Below are positions 38,401 through 51,110 of a stretch of 64,000 nucleotides of DNA, piece by piece. Source of the stretch: Perkinsela sp. CCAP 1560/9 (Eukaryota > Protista > Euglenozoa: Kinetoplastea); assembly GCA_965644495.1 (NCBI GenBank), contig CBFFSA010000035.1:24001-88000 (forward strand), read 5' to 3'. The notes beneath the pieces were generated by a model. It was not told the origin of the DNA. It worked only from the letters and a program-made list of their open reading frames with translations, and searched no databases. The first letter of the stretch is position 1. Every line of letters begins with the position of its first letter. A program made the translations under genes and the position numbers.

Positions 38401-41400
38401 TTGTTAAGACCCTTTCTTTTGTTAAGCCCCTTTCTTTTGTTAAGACCCTTTCTTTTGTTAAGCCCCTTTCTTTTGTTAAGACCCTTTCTTTTGTTAAGAC
38501 CCTTTCTTTTGTTAAGACCCTTTCTTTTGTTAAGACCCTTTCTTTTGTTAAGACCCTTTCTTTTGTTAAGACCCTTTCTTTTGTTAAGACCCTTTCTTTT
38601 GTTAAGACCCTTTCTTTTGTTAAGACCCTTTCTTTTGTTAAGACCCTTTCTTTTGTTAAGACCCTTTCTTTTGTTAAGACCCTTTCTTTTGTTAAGACCC
38701 TTTCTTTTATTAAGATCCTTTCTTTTGTTAAGACCCTTTCTTTTGTTAAGCCCCTTTCTTTTGTTAAGCCCCTTTCTTTTGTTAAGACCCTTTCTTTTGT
38801 TAAGCCCCTTTCTTTTGTTAAGACCCTTTCTTTTGTTAAGACCCTTTCTTTTGTTAAGACCTTTTCTTTTGTTAAGACCCTTTCTTTTGTTAAGCCCCTT
38901 TCTTTTGTTAAGACCCTTTCTTTTGTTAAGACCCTTTCTTTTGTTAAGACCCTTTCTTTTGTTAAGACCCTTTCTTTTGTTAAGACCCTTTCTTTTGTTA
39001 AAACCCTTTCTTTTGTTAAGCCCCTTTCTTTTGTTAAGACCCTTTCTTTTGTTAAAACCCTTTCTTTTGTTAAGACCCTTTCTTTTGTTAAGACCCTTTC
39101 TTTTGTTAAGCCCCTTTCTTTTGTTAAGACCCTTTCTTTTGTTAAGACCCTTTCTTTTGTTAAGCCCCTTTCTTTTGTTAAGCCCCTTTCTTTTGTTAAG
39201 ACCCTTTCTTTTGTTAAGACCCTTTCTTTTGTTAAGCCCCTTTCTTTTGTTAAGACCTTTTCTTTTGTTAAGCCCCTTTTTTTTGTTAAGACCCTTTCTT
39301 TTGTTAAGACCCTTTCTTTTGTTAAGACCCTTTCTTTTGTTAAGACCCTTTCTTTTGTTAAGACCCTTTCTTTTGTTAAAACCCTTTCTTTTGTTAAGCC
39401 CCTTTCTTTTGTTAAGACCCTTTCTTTTGTTAAGACCCTTTCTTTTGTTAAGACCCTTTCTTTTGTTAAGCCCCTTTCTTTTGTTAAGACCCTTTCTTTT
39501 GTTAAGACCCTTTCTTTTGTTAAGACCCTTTCTTTTGTTAAGACCCTTTCTTTTGTTAAAACCCTTTCTTTTGTTAAGCCCCTTTCTTTTGTTAAGCCCC
39601 TTTCTTTTGTTAAGACCCTTTCTTTTGTTAAGACCCTTTCTTTTGTTAAGACCCTTTCTTTTGTTAAGACCCTTTCTTTTGTTAAGACCCTTTCTTTTGT
39701 TAAGACCCTTTCTTTTGTTAAGACCCTTTCTTTTGTTAAGACCCTTTCTTTTGTTAAGCCCCTTTCTTTTGTTAAGACCCTTTCTTTTGTTAAGACCCTT
39801 TCTTTTGTTAAGACCCTTTCTTTTGTTAAGCCCCTTTTTTTTGTTAAGACCCTTTCTTTTGTTAAGACCCTTTCTTTTGTTAAGACCCTTTCTTTTGTTA
39901 AGACCCTTTCTTTTGTTAAGCCCCTTTCTTTTGTTAAGACCCTTTCTTTTGTTAAGACCCTTTCTTTTGTTAAGACCCTTTCTTTTGTTAAGACCCTTTC
40001 TTTTGTTAAGCCCCTTTTTTTTGTTAAGACCCTTTCTTTTGTTAAGACCCTTTCTTTTGTTAAGACCCTTTCTTTTGTTAAGACCCTTTCTTTTGTTAAG
40101 CCCCTTTCTTTTGTTAAGACCCTTTCTTTTGTTAAGACCCTTTCTTTTGCTAAGACCCTTCCTTTTGTTAAGACCCTTTCTTTTGTTAAGACCATTTCTT
40201 TTGTTAAGACCCTTTCTTTTGTTAAGACCCTTTCTTTTGTTAAGACCCTTTCTTTTGCTAAGACCCTTCCTTTTGTTAAGACCCTTTCTTTTGTTAAGAC
40301 CCTTTCTTTTGTTAAGACCCTTTCTTTTGTTAAGACCCTTTCTTTTGTTAAGACCCTTTCTTTTGTTAAGACCCTTTCTTTTGTTAAGACCCTTTCTTTT
40401 GTTAAGACCCTTTCTTTTGTTAAGCCCCTTTCTTTTGTTAAGCCCCTTTCTTTTGTTAAGACCCTTTCTTTTGTTAAGACCCTTTCTTTTGTTAAGCCCC
40501 TTTTTTTTGTTAAGACCCTTTCTTTTGTTAAGACCCTTTCTTTTGTTAAGACCCTTTCTTTTGTTAAGACCCTTTCTTTTGTTAAGACCCTTTCTTTTGT
40601 TAAGACCCTTTCTTTTGTTAAGACCCTTTCTTTTGCTAAGACCCTTCCTTTTGTTAAGACCCTTTCTTTTGTTAAGACCCTTTCTTTTGTTAAGACCCTT
40701 TCTTTTGTTAAGACCCTTTCTTTTGCTAAGACCCTTCCTTTTGTTAAGACCCTTTCTTTTGTTAAGACCCTTTCTTTTGTTAAGACCCTTTCTTTTGTTA
40801 AGACCCTTTCTTTTGTTAAGACCCTTTCTTTTGTTAAGACCCTTTCTTTTGTTAAGACCCTTTCTTTTGTTAAGACCCTTTCTTTTGTTAAGACCCTTTC
40901 TTTTGTTAAGCCCCTTTCTTTTGTTAAGACCCTTTCTTTTGTTAAGACCCTTTCTTTTGTTAAGACCCTTTCTTTTGTTAAGCCCCTTTTTTTTGTTAAG
41001 ACCCTTTCTTTTGTTAAGACCCTTTCTTTTGTTAAGACCCTTTCTTTTGTTAAGACCCTTTCTTTTGTTAAGACCCTTTCTTTTGTTAAGACCCTTTCTT
41101 TTGTTAAGACCCTTTCTTTTGCTAAGACCCTTCCTTTTGTTAAGACCCTTTCTTTTGTTAAGACCCTTTCTTTTGTTAAGACCCTTTCTTTTGTTAAGAC
41201 CCTTTCTTTTGTTAAGACCCTTTCTTTTGCTAAGACCCTTCCTTTTGTTAAGACCCTTTCTTTTGTTAAGACCCTTTCTTTTGTTAAGACCCTTTCTTTT
41301 GTTAAGACCCTTTCTTTTGTTAAGACCCTTTCTTTTGTTAAGACCCTTTCTTTTGTTAAGACCCTTTCTTTTGTTAAAACCCTTTCTTTTGTTAAGCCCC

Positions 41401-44400
41401 TTTCTTTTGTTAAGCCCCTTTCTTTTGTTAAGACCCTTTCTTTTGTTAAGACCCTTTCTTTTGTTAAGACCCTTTCTTTTGTTAAGACCCTTTCTTTTGT
41501 TAAGACCCTTTCTTTTGTTAAGACCCTTTCTTTTGTTAAGACCCTTTCTTTTGTTAAGCCCCTTTCTTTTGTTAAGACCCTTTCTTTTGTTAAGACCCTT
41601 TCTTTTGTTAAGACCCTTTCTTTTGTTAAGCCCCTTTTTTTTGTTAAGACCCTTTCTTTTGTTAAGACCCTTTCTTTTGTTAAGCCCCTTTCTTTTGTTA
41701 AGACCCTTTCTTTTGTTAAGACCCTTTCTTTTGTTAAGACCCTTTCTTTTGTTAAGACCCTTTCTTTTGTTAAGCCCCTTTTTTTTGTTAAGACCCTTTC
41801 TTTTGTTAAGACCCTTTCTTTTGTTAAGACCCTTTCTTTTGTTAAGACCCTTTCTTTTGTTAAGACCCTTTCTTTTGTTAAGACCCTTTCTTTTGTTAAG
41901 ACCCTTTCTTTTGCTAAGACCCTTCCTTTTGTTAAGACCCTTTCTTTTGTTAAGACCCTTTCTTTTGTTAAGACCCTTTCTTTTGTTAAGACCCTTTCTT
42001 TTGTTAAGACCCTTTCTTTTGCTAAGACCCTTCCTTTTGTTAAGACCCTTTCTTTTGTTAAGACCCTTTCTTTTGTTAAGACCCTTTCTTTTGTTAAGAC
42101 CCTTTCTTTTGTTAAGACCCTTTCTTTTGTTAAGACCCTTTCTTTTGTTAAGACCCTTTCTTTTGTTAAGACCCTTTCTTTTGTTAAGCCCCTTTCTTTT
42201 GTTAAGCCCCTTTCTTTTGTTAAGACCCTTTCTTTGGTTAAGACCCTTTCTTTTGTTAAGCCCCTTTTTTTTTGTTAAGACCCTTTCTTTTGTTAAGACC
42301 CTTTCTTTTGTTAAGACCCTTTCTTTTGTTAAGACCCTTTCTTTTGTTAAGACCCTTTCTTTTGTTAAGACCCTTTCTTTTGTTAAGACCCTTTCTTTTG
42401 CTAAGACCCTTCCTTTTGTTAAGACCCTTTCTTTTGTTAAGACCCTTTCTTTTGTTAAGACCCTTTCTTTTGTTAAGACCCTTTCTTTTGTTAAGACCCT
42501 TTCTTTTGCTAAGACCCTTCCTTTTGTTAAGACCCTTTCTTTTGTTAAGACCCTTTCTTTTGTTAAGACCCTTTCTTTTGTTAAGACCCTTTCTTTTGTT
42601 AAGACCCTTTCTTTTGTTAAGACCCTTTCTTTTGTTAAGACCCTTTCTTTTGTTAAGACCCTTTCTTTTGTTAAGACCCTTTCTTTTGTTAAGACCCCTT
42701 CTATTGTTAAGACCCTTTCTTTTGTTAAGACCCTTTCTTTTGTTAAGACCCTTTCTTTTGTTAACACCCTTTCTTTTGTTAAGACCCTTTCTTTTGTTAA
42801 GCCCCTTTCTTTTGTTAAGACCCTTTCTTTTGTTAAGACCCTTTCTTTTGTTAAGACCCTTTCTTTTGTTAAGCCCCTTTTTTTTGTTAAGACCCTTTCT
42901 TTTGTTAAGACCCTTTCTTTTGTTAAGACCCTTTCTTTTGTTAAGACCCTTTCTTTTGTTAAGACCCTTTCTTTTGTTAAGACCCTTTCTTTTGTTAAGA
43001 CCCTTTCTTTTGCTAAGACCCTTCCTTTTGTTAAGACCCTTTCTTTTGTTAAGACCCTTTCTTTTGTTAAGACCCTTTCTTTTGTTAAGACCCTTTCTTT
43101 TGTTAAGACCCTTTCTTTTGCTAAGACCCTTCCTTTTGTTAAGACCCTTTCTTTTGTTAAGACCCTTTCTTTTGTTAAGACCCTTTCTTTTGTTAAGACC
43201 CTTTCTTTTGTTAAGACCCTTTCTTTTGTTAAGACCCTTTCTTTTGTTAAGACCCTTTCTTTTGTTAAGACCCTTTCTTTTGTTAAGACCCTTTCTTTTG
43301 TTAAGACCCTTTCTTTTGTTAAGACCCTTTCTTTTGTTAAGACCCTTTCTTTTGTTAAGACCCTTTCTTTTGTTAAGCCCCTTTCTTTTGTTAAGACCCT
43401 TTCTTTTGTTAAGACCCTTTCTTTTGTTAAGACCCTTTCTTTTGTTAAGACCCTTTCTTTTGTTAAGACCCTTTCTTTTGTTAAGACCCTTTCTTTTGCT
43501 AAGACCCTTCCTTTTGTTAAGACCCTTTCTTTTGTTAAGACCCTTTCTTTTGTTAAGACCCTTTCTTTTGTTAAGACCCTTTCTTTTGTTAAGACCCTTT
43601 CTTTTGTTAAGACCCTTTCTTTTGTTAAGCCCCTTTCTTTTGTTAAGCCCCTTTCTTTTGTTAAGACCCTTTCTTTGGTTAAGACCCTTTCTTTTGTTAA
43701 GCCCCTTTTTTTTGTTAAGACCCTTTCTTTTGTTAAGACCCTTTCTTTTGTTAAGACCCTTTCTTTTGTTAAGACCCTTTCTTTTGTTAAGACCCTTTCT
43801 TTTGTTAAGACCCTTTCTTTTGTTAAGACCCTTTCTTTTGCTAAGACCCTTCCTTTTGTTAAGACCCTTTCTTTTGTTAAGACCCTTCCTTTTGTTAAGA
43901 CCCTTTCTTTTGTTAAGACCCTTTCTTTTGTTAAGACCCTTTCTTTTGTTAAGACCCTTTCTTTTGTTAAGACCCTTTCTTTTGCTAAGACCCTTCCTTT
44001 TGTTAAGACCCTTTCTTTTGTTAAGACCCTTTCTTTTGTTAAGACCCTTTCTTTTGTTAAGACCCTTTCTTTTGTTAAGACCCTTTCTTTTGTTAAGACC
44101 CTTTCTTTTGTTAAGACCCTTTCTTTTGTTAAGACCCTTTCTTTTGTTAAGACCCTTTCTTTTGTTAAGACCCCTTCTATTGTTAAGACCCTTTCTTTTG
44201 TTAAGACCCTTTCTTTTGTTAAGACCCTTTCTTTTGTTAAGCCCCTTTCTTTTGTTAAGACCCTTTCTTTTGTTAAGACCCTTTCTTTTGTTAAGACCCT
44301 TTCTTTTGTTAAGCCCCTTTTTTTTGTTAAGACCCTTTCTTTTGTTAAGCCCCTTTCTTTTGTTAAGACCCTTTCTTTTGTTAAGACCCTTTCTTTTGTT

Positions 44401-47400
44401 AAGACCCTTTCTTTTGTTAAGACCCTTTCTTTTGTTAAGACCCTTTCTTTTGTTAAGACCCTTTCTTTTGCTAAGACCCTTCCTTTTGTTAAGACCCTTT
44501 CTTTTGTTAAGACCCTTTCTTTTGTTAAGACCCTTTCTTTTGTTAAGACCCTTTCTTTTGTTAAGACCCTTTCTTTTGCTAAGACCCTTCCTTTTGTTAA
44601 GACCCTTTCTTTTGTTAAGACCCTTTCTTTTGTTAAGACCCTTTCTTTTGTTAAGACCCTTTCTTTTGTTAAGACCCTTTCTTTTGTTAAGACCCTTTCT
44701 TTTGTTAAGACCCTTTCTTTTGTTAAGACCCTTTCTTTTGTTAAGACCCTTTCTTTTGTTAAGACCCTTTCTTTTGTTAAGACCCTTTTTTTTGTTAAGA
44801 CCCTTTCTTTTGTTAAGACCCTTTCTTTTGTTAAGACCCTTTCTTTTGTTAAGACCCTTTCTTTTGTTAAGACCCTTTCTTTTGTTAAGACCCTTTCTTT
44901 TGTTAAGACCCTTTCTTTTGCTAAGACCCTTCCTTTTGTTAAGACCCTTTCTTTTGTTAAGACCCTTTCTTTTGTTAAGACCCTTTCTTTTGTTAAGACC
45001 CTTTCTTTTGTTAAGACCCTTTCTTTTGCTAAGACCCTTCCTTTTGTTAAGACCCTTTCTTTTGTTAAGACCCTTTCTTTTGTTAAGACCCTTTCTTTTG
45101 TTAAGACCCTTTCTTTTGTTAAGACCCTTTCTTTTGTTAAGACCCTTTCTTTTGTTAAGACCCTTTCTTTTGTTAAGACCCTTTCTTTTGTTAAGACCCT
45201 TTCTTTTGTTAAGACCCTTTCTTTTGTTAAGACCCCTTCTATTGTTAAGACCCTTTCTTTTGTTAAGACCCTTTCTTTTGTTAAGACCCTTTCTTTTGTT
45301 AACACCCTTTCTTTTGTTAAGACCCTTTCTTTTGTTAAGCCCCTTTCTTTTGTTAAGACCCTTTCTTTTGTTAAGACCCTTTCTTTTGTTAAGACCCTTT
45401 CTTTTGTTAAGCCCCTTTTTTTTGTTAAGACCCTTTCTTTTGTTAAGACCCTTTCTTTTGTTAAGACCCTTTCTTTTGTTAAGACCCTTTCTTTTGTTAA
45501 GACCCTTTCTTTTGTTAAGACCCTTTCTTTTGTTAAGACCCTTTCTTTTGCTAAGACCCTTCCTTTTGTTAAGACCCTTTCTTTTGTTAAGACCCTTTCT
45601 TTTGTTAAGACCCTTTCTTTTGTTAAGACCCTTTCTTTTGTTAAGACCCTTTCTTTTGCTAAGACCCTTCCTTTTGTTAAGACCCTTTCTTTTGTTAAGA
45701 CCCTTTCTTTTGTTAAGACCCTTTCTTTTGTTAAGACCCTTTCTTTTGTTAAGACCCTTTCTTTTGTTAAGACCCTTTCTTTTGTTAAGACCCTTTCTTT
45801 TGTTAAGACCCTTTCTTTTGTTAAGACCCTTTCTTTTGTTAAGACCCTTTCTTTTGTTAAGACCCTTTCTTTTGTTAAGACCCTTTCTTTTGTTAAGACC
45901 CTTTCTTTTGTTAAGCCCCTTTCTTTTGTTAAGACCCTTTCTTTTGTTAAGACCCTTTCTTTTGTTAAGACCCTTTCTTTTGTTAAGACCCTTTCTTTTG
46001 TTAAGACCCTTTCTTTTGTTAAGACCCTTTCTTTTGCTAAGACCCTTCCTTTTGTTAAGACCCTTTCTTTTGTTAAGACCCTTTCTTTTGTTAAGACCCT
46101 TTCTTTTGTTAAGACCCTTTCTTTTGTTAAGACCCTTTCTTTTGTTAAGACCCTTTCTTTTGTTAAGCCCCTTTCTTTTGTTAAGCCCCTTTCTTTTGTT
46201 AAGACCCTTTCTTTGGTTAAGACCCTTTCTTTTGTTAAGCCCCTTTTTTTTGTTAAGACCCTTTCTTTTGTTAAGACCCTTTCTTTTGTTAAGACCCTTT
46301 CTTTTGTTAAGACCCTTTCTTTTGTTAAGACCCTTTCTTTTGTTAAGACCCTTTCTTTTGTTAAGACCCTTTCTTTTGCTAAGACCCTTCCTTTTGTTAA
46401 GACCCTTTCTTTTGTTAAGACCCTTCCTTTTGTTAAGACCCTTTCTTTTGTTAAGACCCTTTCTTTTGTTAAGACCCTTTCTTTTGTTAAGACCCTTTCT
46501 TTTGTTAAGACCCTTTCTTTTGCTAAGACCCTTCCTTTTGTTAAGACCCTTTCTTTTGTTAAGACCCTTTCTTTTGTTAAGACCCTTTCTTTTGTTAAGA
46601 CCCTTTCTTTTGTTAAGACCCTTTCTTTTGTTAAGACCCTTTCTTTTGTTAAGACCCTTTCTTTTGTTAAGACCCTTTCTTTTGTTAAGACCCTTTCTTT
46701 TGTTAAGACCCCTTCTATTGTTAAGACCCTTTCTTTTGTTAAGACCCTTTCTTTTGTTAAGACCCTTTCTTTTGTTAAGCCCCTTTCTTTTGTTAAGACC
46801 CTTTCTTTTGTTAAGACCCTTTCTTTTGTTAAGACCCTTTCTTTTGTTAAGCCCCTTTTTTTTGTTAAGACCCTTTCTTTTGTTAAGCCCCTTTCTTTTG
46901 TTAAGACCCTTTCTTTTGTTAAGACCCTTTCTTTTGTTAAGACCCTTTCTTTTGTTAAGACCCTTTCTTTTGTTAAGACCCTTTCTTTTGTTAAGACCCT
47001 TTCTTTTGTTAAGACCCTTTCTTTTGCTAAGACCCTTCCTTTTGTTAAGACCCTTTCTTTTGTTAAGACCCTTTCTTTTGTTAAGACCCTTTCTTTTGTT
47101 AAGACCCTTTCTTTTGTTAAGACCCTTTCTTTTGCTAAGACCCTTCCTTTTGTTAAGACCCTTTCTTTTGTTAAGACCCTTTCTTTTGTTAAGACCCTTT
47201 CTTTTGTTAAGACCCTTTCTTTTGTTAAGACCCTTTCTTTTGTTAAGACCCTTTCTTTTGTTAAGACCCTTTCTTTTGTTAAGACCCTTTCTTTTGTTAA
47301 GACCCTTTCTTTTGTTAAGACCCTTTCTTTTGTTAAGACCCTTTCTTTTGTTAAGACCCTTTCTTTTGTTAAGACCCTTTCTTTTGTTAAGCCCCTTTCT

Positions 47401-50400
47401 TTTGTTAAGACCCTTTCTTTTGTTAAGACCCTTTCTTTTGTTAAGACCCTTTCTTTTGTTAAGACCCTTTCTTTTGCTAAGACCCTTCCTTTTGTTAAGA
47501 CCCTTTCTTTTGTTAAGACCCTTTCTTTTGTTAAGACCCTTTCTTTTGTTAAGACCCTTTCTTTTGTTAAGACCCTTTCTTTTGTTAAGACCCTTTCTTT
47601 TGTTAAAACCCTTTCTTTTGTTAAGCCCCTTTCTTTTGTTAAGCCCCTTTCTTTTGTTAAGACCCTTTCTTTTGTTAAGACCCTTTCTTTTGTTAAGACC
47701 CTTTCTTTTGTTAAGACCCTTTCTTTTGTTAAGACCCTTTCTTTTGTTAAGACCCTTTCTTTTGTTAAGACCCTTTCTTTTGTTAAGCCCCTTTCTTTTG
47801 TTAAGACCCTTTCTTTTGTTAAGACCCTTTCTTTTGTTAAGACCCTTTCTTTTGTTAAGCCCCTTTTTTTTGTTAAGACCCTTTCTTTTGTTAAGACCCT
47901 TTCTTTTGTTAAGACCCTTTCTTTTGTTAAGACCCTTTCTTTTGTTAAGCCCCTTTCTTTTGTTAAGACCCTTTCTTTTGTTAAGACCCTTTCTTTTGTT
48001 AAGACCCTTTCTTTTGTTGAGACCCTTTCTTTTGTTAAGCCCCTTTTTTTTGTTAAGACCCTTTCTTTTGTTAAGACCCTTTCTTTTGTTAAGACCCTTT
48101 CTTTTGTTAAGACCCTTTCTTTTGTTAAGACCCTTTCTTTTGTTAAGACCCTTTCTTTTGTTAAGACCCTTTCTTTTGCTAAGACCCTTTCTTTTGTTAA
48201 GACCCTTTCTTTTGTTAAGACCCTTTCTTTTGTTAAGACCCTTTCTTTTGTTAAGACCCTTTCTTTTGCTAAGACCCTTCCTTTTGTTAAGACCCTTTCT
48301 TTTGTTAAGACCCTTTCTTTTGTTAAGACCCTTTCTTTTGTTAAGACCCTTTCTTTTGTTAAGACCCTTTCTTTTGTTAAGACCCTTTCTTTTGTTAAGA
48401 CCCTTTCTTTTGTTAAGACCCTTTCTTTTGTTAAGCCCCTTTCTTTTGTTAAGCCCCTTTCTTTTGTTAAGACCCTTTCTTTTGTTAAGCCCCTTTCTTT
48501 TGTTAAGACCCTTTCTTTGGTTAAGACCCTTTCTTTTGTTAAGCCCCTTTTTTTTGTTAAGACCCTTTCTTTTGTTAAGACCCTTTCTTTTGTTAAGACC
48601 CTTTCTTTTGTTAAGACCCTTTCTTTTGTTAAGACCCTTTCTTTTGTTAAGACCCTTTCTTTTGTTAAGACCCTTTCTTTTGTTAAGACCCTTTCTTTTG
48701 CTAAGACCCTTCCTTTTGTTAAGACCCTTTCTTTTGTTAAGACCCTTTCTTTTGTTAAGACCCTTTCTTTTGTTAAGACCCTTTCTTTTGTTAAGACCCT
48801 TTCTTTTGCTAAGACCCTTCCTTTTGTTAAGACCCTTTCTTTTGTTAAGACCCTTTCTTTTGTTAAGACCCTTTCTTTTGTTAAGACCCTTTCTTTTGTT
48901 AAGACCCTTTCTTTTGTTAAGACCCTTTCTTTTGTTAAGACCCTTTCTTTTGTTAAGACCCTTTCTTTTGTTAAGACCCTTTCTTTTGTTAAGACCCCTT
49001 CTATTGTTAAGACCCTTTCTTTTGTTAAGACCCTTTCTTTTGTTAAGACCCTTTCTTTTGTTAACACCCTTTCTTTTGTTAAGACCCTTTCTTTTGTTAA
49101 GCCCCTTTCTTTTGTTAAGACCCTTTCTTTTGTTAAGACCCTTTCTTTTGTTAAGACCCTTTCTTTTGTTAAGACCCTTTCTTTTGTTAAGACCCTTTCT
49201 TTTGTTAAGACCCTTTCTTTTGTTAAGACCCTTTCTTTTGTTAAGACCCTTTCTTTTGCTAAGACCCTTCCTTTTGTTAAGACCCTTTCTTTTGTTAAGA
49301 CCCTTTCTTTTGTTAAGACCCTTTCTTTTGTTAAGACCCTTTCTTTTGTTAAGACCCTTTCTTTTGTTAAGACCCTTTCTTTTGTTAAGACCCTTTCTTT
49401 TGTTAAGACCCTTTCTTTTGTTAAGACCCTTTCTTTTGTTAAGACCCTTTCTTTTGCTAAGACCCTTCCTTTTGTTAAGACCCTTTCTTTTGTTAAGACC
49501 CTTTCTTTTGTTAAGACCCTTTCTTTTGTTAAGACCCTTTCTTTTGTTAAGACCCTTTCTTTTGTTAAGACCCTTTCTTTTGCTAAGACCCTTCCTTTTG
49601 TTAAGACCCTTTCTTTTGTTAAGACCCTTTCTTTTGTTAAGACCCTTTCTTTTGTTAAGACCCTTTCTTTTGTTAAGACCCTTTCTTTTGTTAAGACCCT
49701 TTCTTTTGTTAAGACCCTTTCTTTTGTTAAGACCCTTTCTTTTGTTAAGACCCTTTCTTTTGTTAAGACCCTTTCTTTTGTTAAGACCCTTTCTTTTGTT
49801 AAGACCCTTTCTTTTGTTAAGCCCCTTTCTTTTGTTAAGACCCTTTCTTTTGTTAAGACCCTTTCTTTTGTTAAGACCCTTTCTTTTGTTAAGACCCTTT
49901 CTTTTGTTAAGACCCTTTCTTTTGTTAAGACCCTTTCTTTTGCTAAGACCCTTCCTTTTGTTAAGACCCTTTCTTTTGTTAAGACCCTTTCTTTTGTTAA
50001 GACCCTTTCTTTTGTTAAGACCCTTTCTTTTGTTAAGACCCTTTCTTTTGCTAAGACCCTTCCTTTTGTTAAGACCCTTTCTTTTGTTAAGACCCTTTCT
50101 TTTGTTAAGACCCTTTCTTTTGTTAAGACCCTTTCTTTTGTTAAGACCCTTTCTTTTGTTAAGACCCTTTCTTTTGTTAAGACCCTTTCTTTTGTTAAGA
50201 CCCTTTCTTTTGTTAAGCCCCTTTCTTTTGTTAAGCCCCTTTCTTTTGTTAAGACCCTTTCTTTTGTTAAGACCCTTTCTTTTGTTAAGCCCCTTTTTTT
50301 TGTTAAGACCCTTTCTTTTGTTAAGACCCTTTCTTTTGTTAAGACCCTTTCTTTTGTTAAGACCCTTTCTTTTATTAAGACCCTTTCTTTTGTTAAGACC

Positions 50401-51110
50401 CTTTCTTTTATTAAGACCCTTTCTTTTGTTAAGACCCTTTCTTTTGTTAAGCCCCTTTCTTTTGTTAAGCCCCTTTCTTTTGTTAAGACCCTTTCTTTTG
50501 TTAAGCCCCTTTCTTTTGTTAAGACCCTTTCTTTTGTTAAGCCCCTTTCTTTTGTTAAGACCCTTTCTTTTGTTAAGACCCTTTCTTTTGTTAAGACCCT
50601 TTCTTTTGTTAAGACCCTTTCTTTTGTTAAGACCCTTTCTTTTGTTAAGACCCTTTCTTTTGCTAAGACCCTTCCTTTTGTTAAGACCCTTTCTTTTGTT
50701 AAGACCCTTTCTTTTGTTAAGACCCTTTCTTTTGTTAAGACCCTTTCTTTTGTTAAGACCCTTTCTTTTGCTAAGACCCTTCCTTTTGTTAAGACCCTTT
50801 CTTTTGTTAAGACCCTTTCTTTTGTTAAGACCCTTTCTTTTGTTAAGACCCTTTCTTTTGTTAAGACCCTTTCTTTTGTTAAGACCCTTTCTTTTGTTAA
50901 GACCCTTTCTTTTGTTAAGACCCTTTCTTTTGTTAAGCCCCTTTCTTTTGTTAAGCCCCTTTCTTTTGTTAAGACCCTTTCTTTTGTTAAGACCCTTTCT
51001 TTTGTTAAGACCCTTTCTTTTGTTAAGACCCTTTCTTTTGTTAAGACCCTTTCTTTTGTTAAGACCCTTTCTTTTGTTAAGACCCTTTCTTTTGTTAAGA
51101 CCCTTTCTTT
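23471..51110. repeat. 18-bp tandem satellite, right block (~1,535 units) with higher-order duplications
   Basis: Same unit and orientation as the left block; one extra T near 42265-42273; rare variants recur at 4,518-bp and 2,538-bp spacing. Confidence 0.99.

Noticed and set aside
42261-42273. Meaningful frameshift in the satellite
   Set aside because: One extra T in a homopolymer; sequencing error or slippage is sufficient
5837-51110. CRISPR array
   Set aside because: No unique spacers, no cas genes, eukaryotic context
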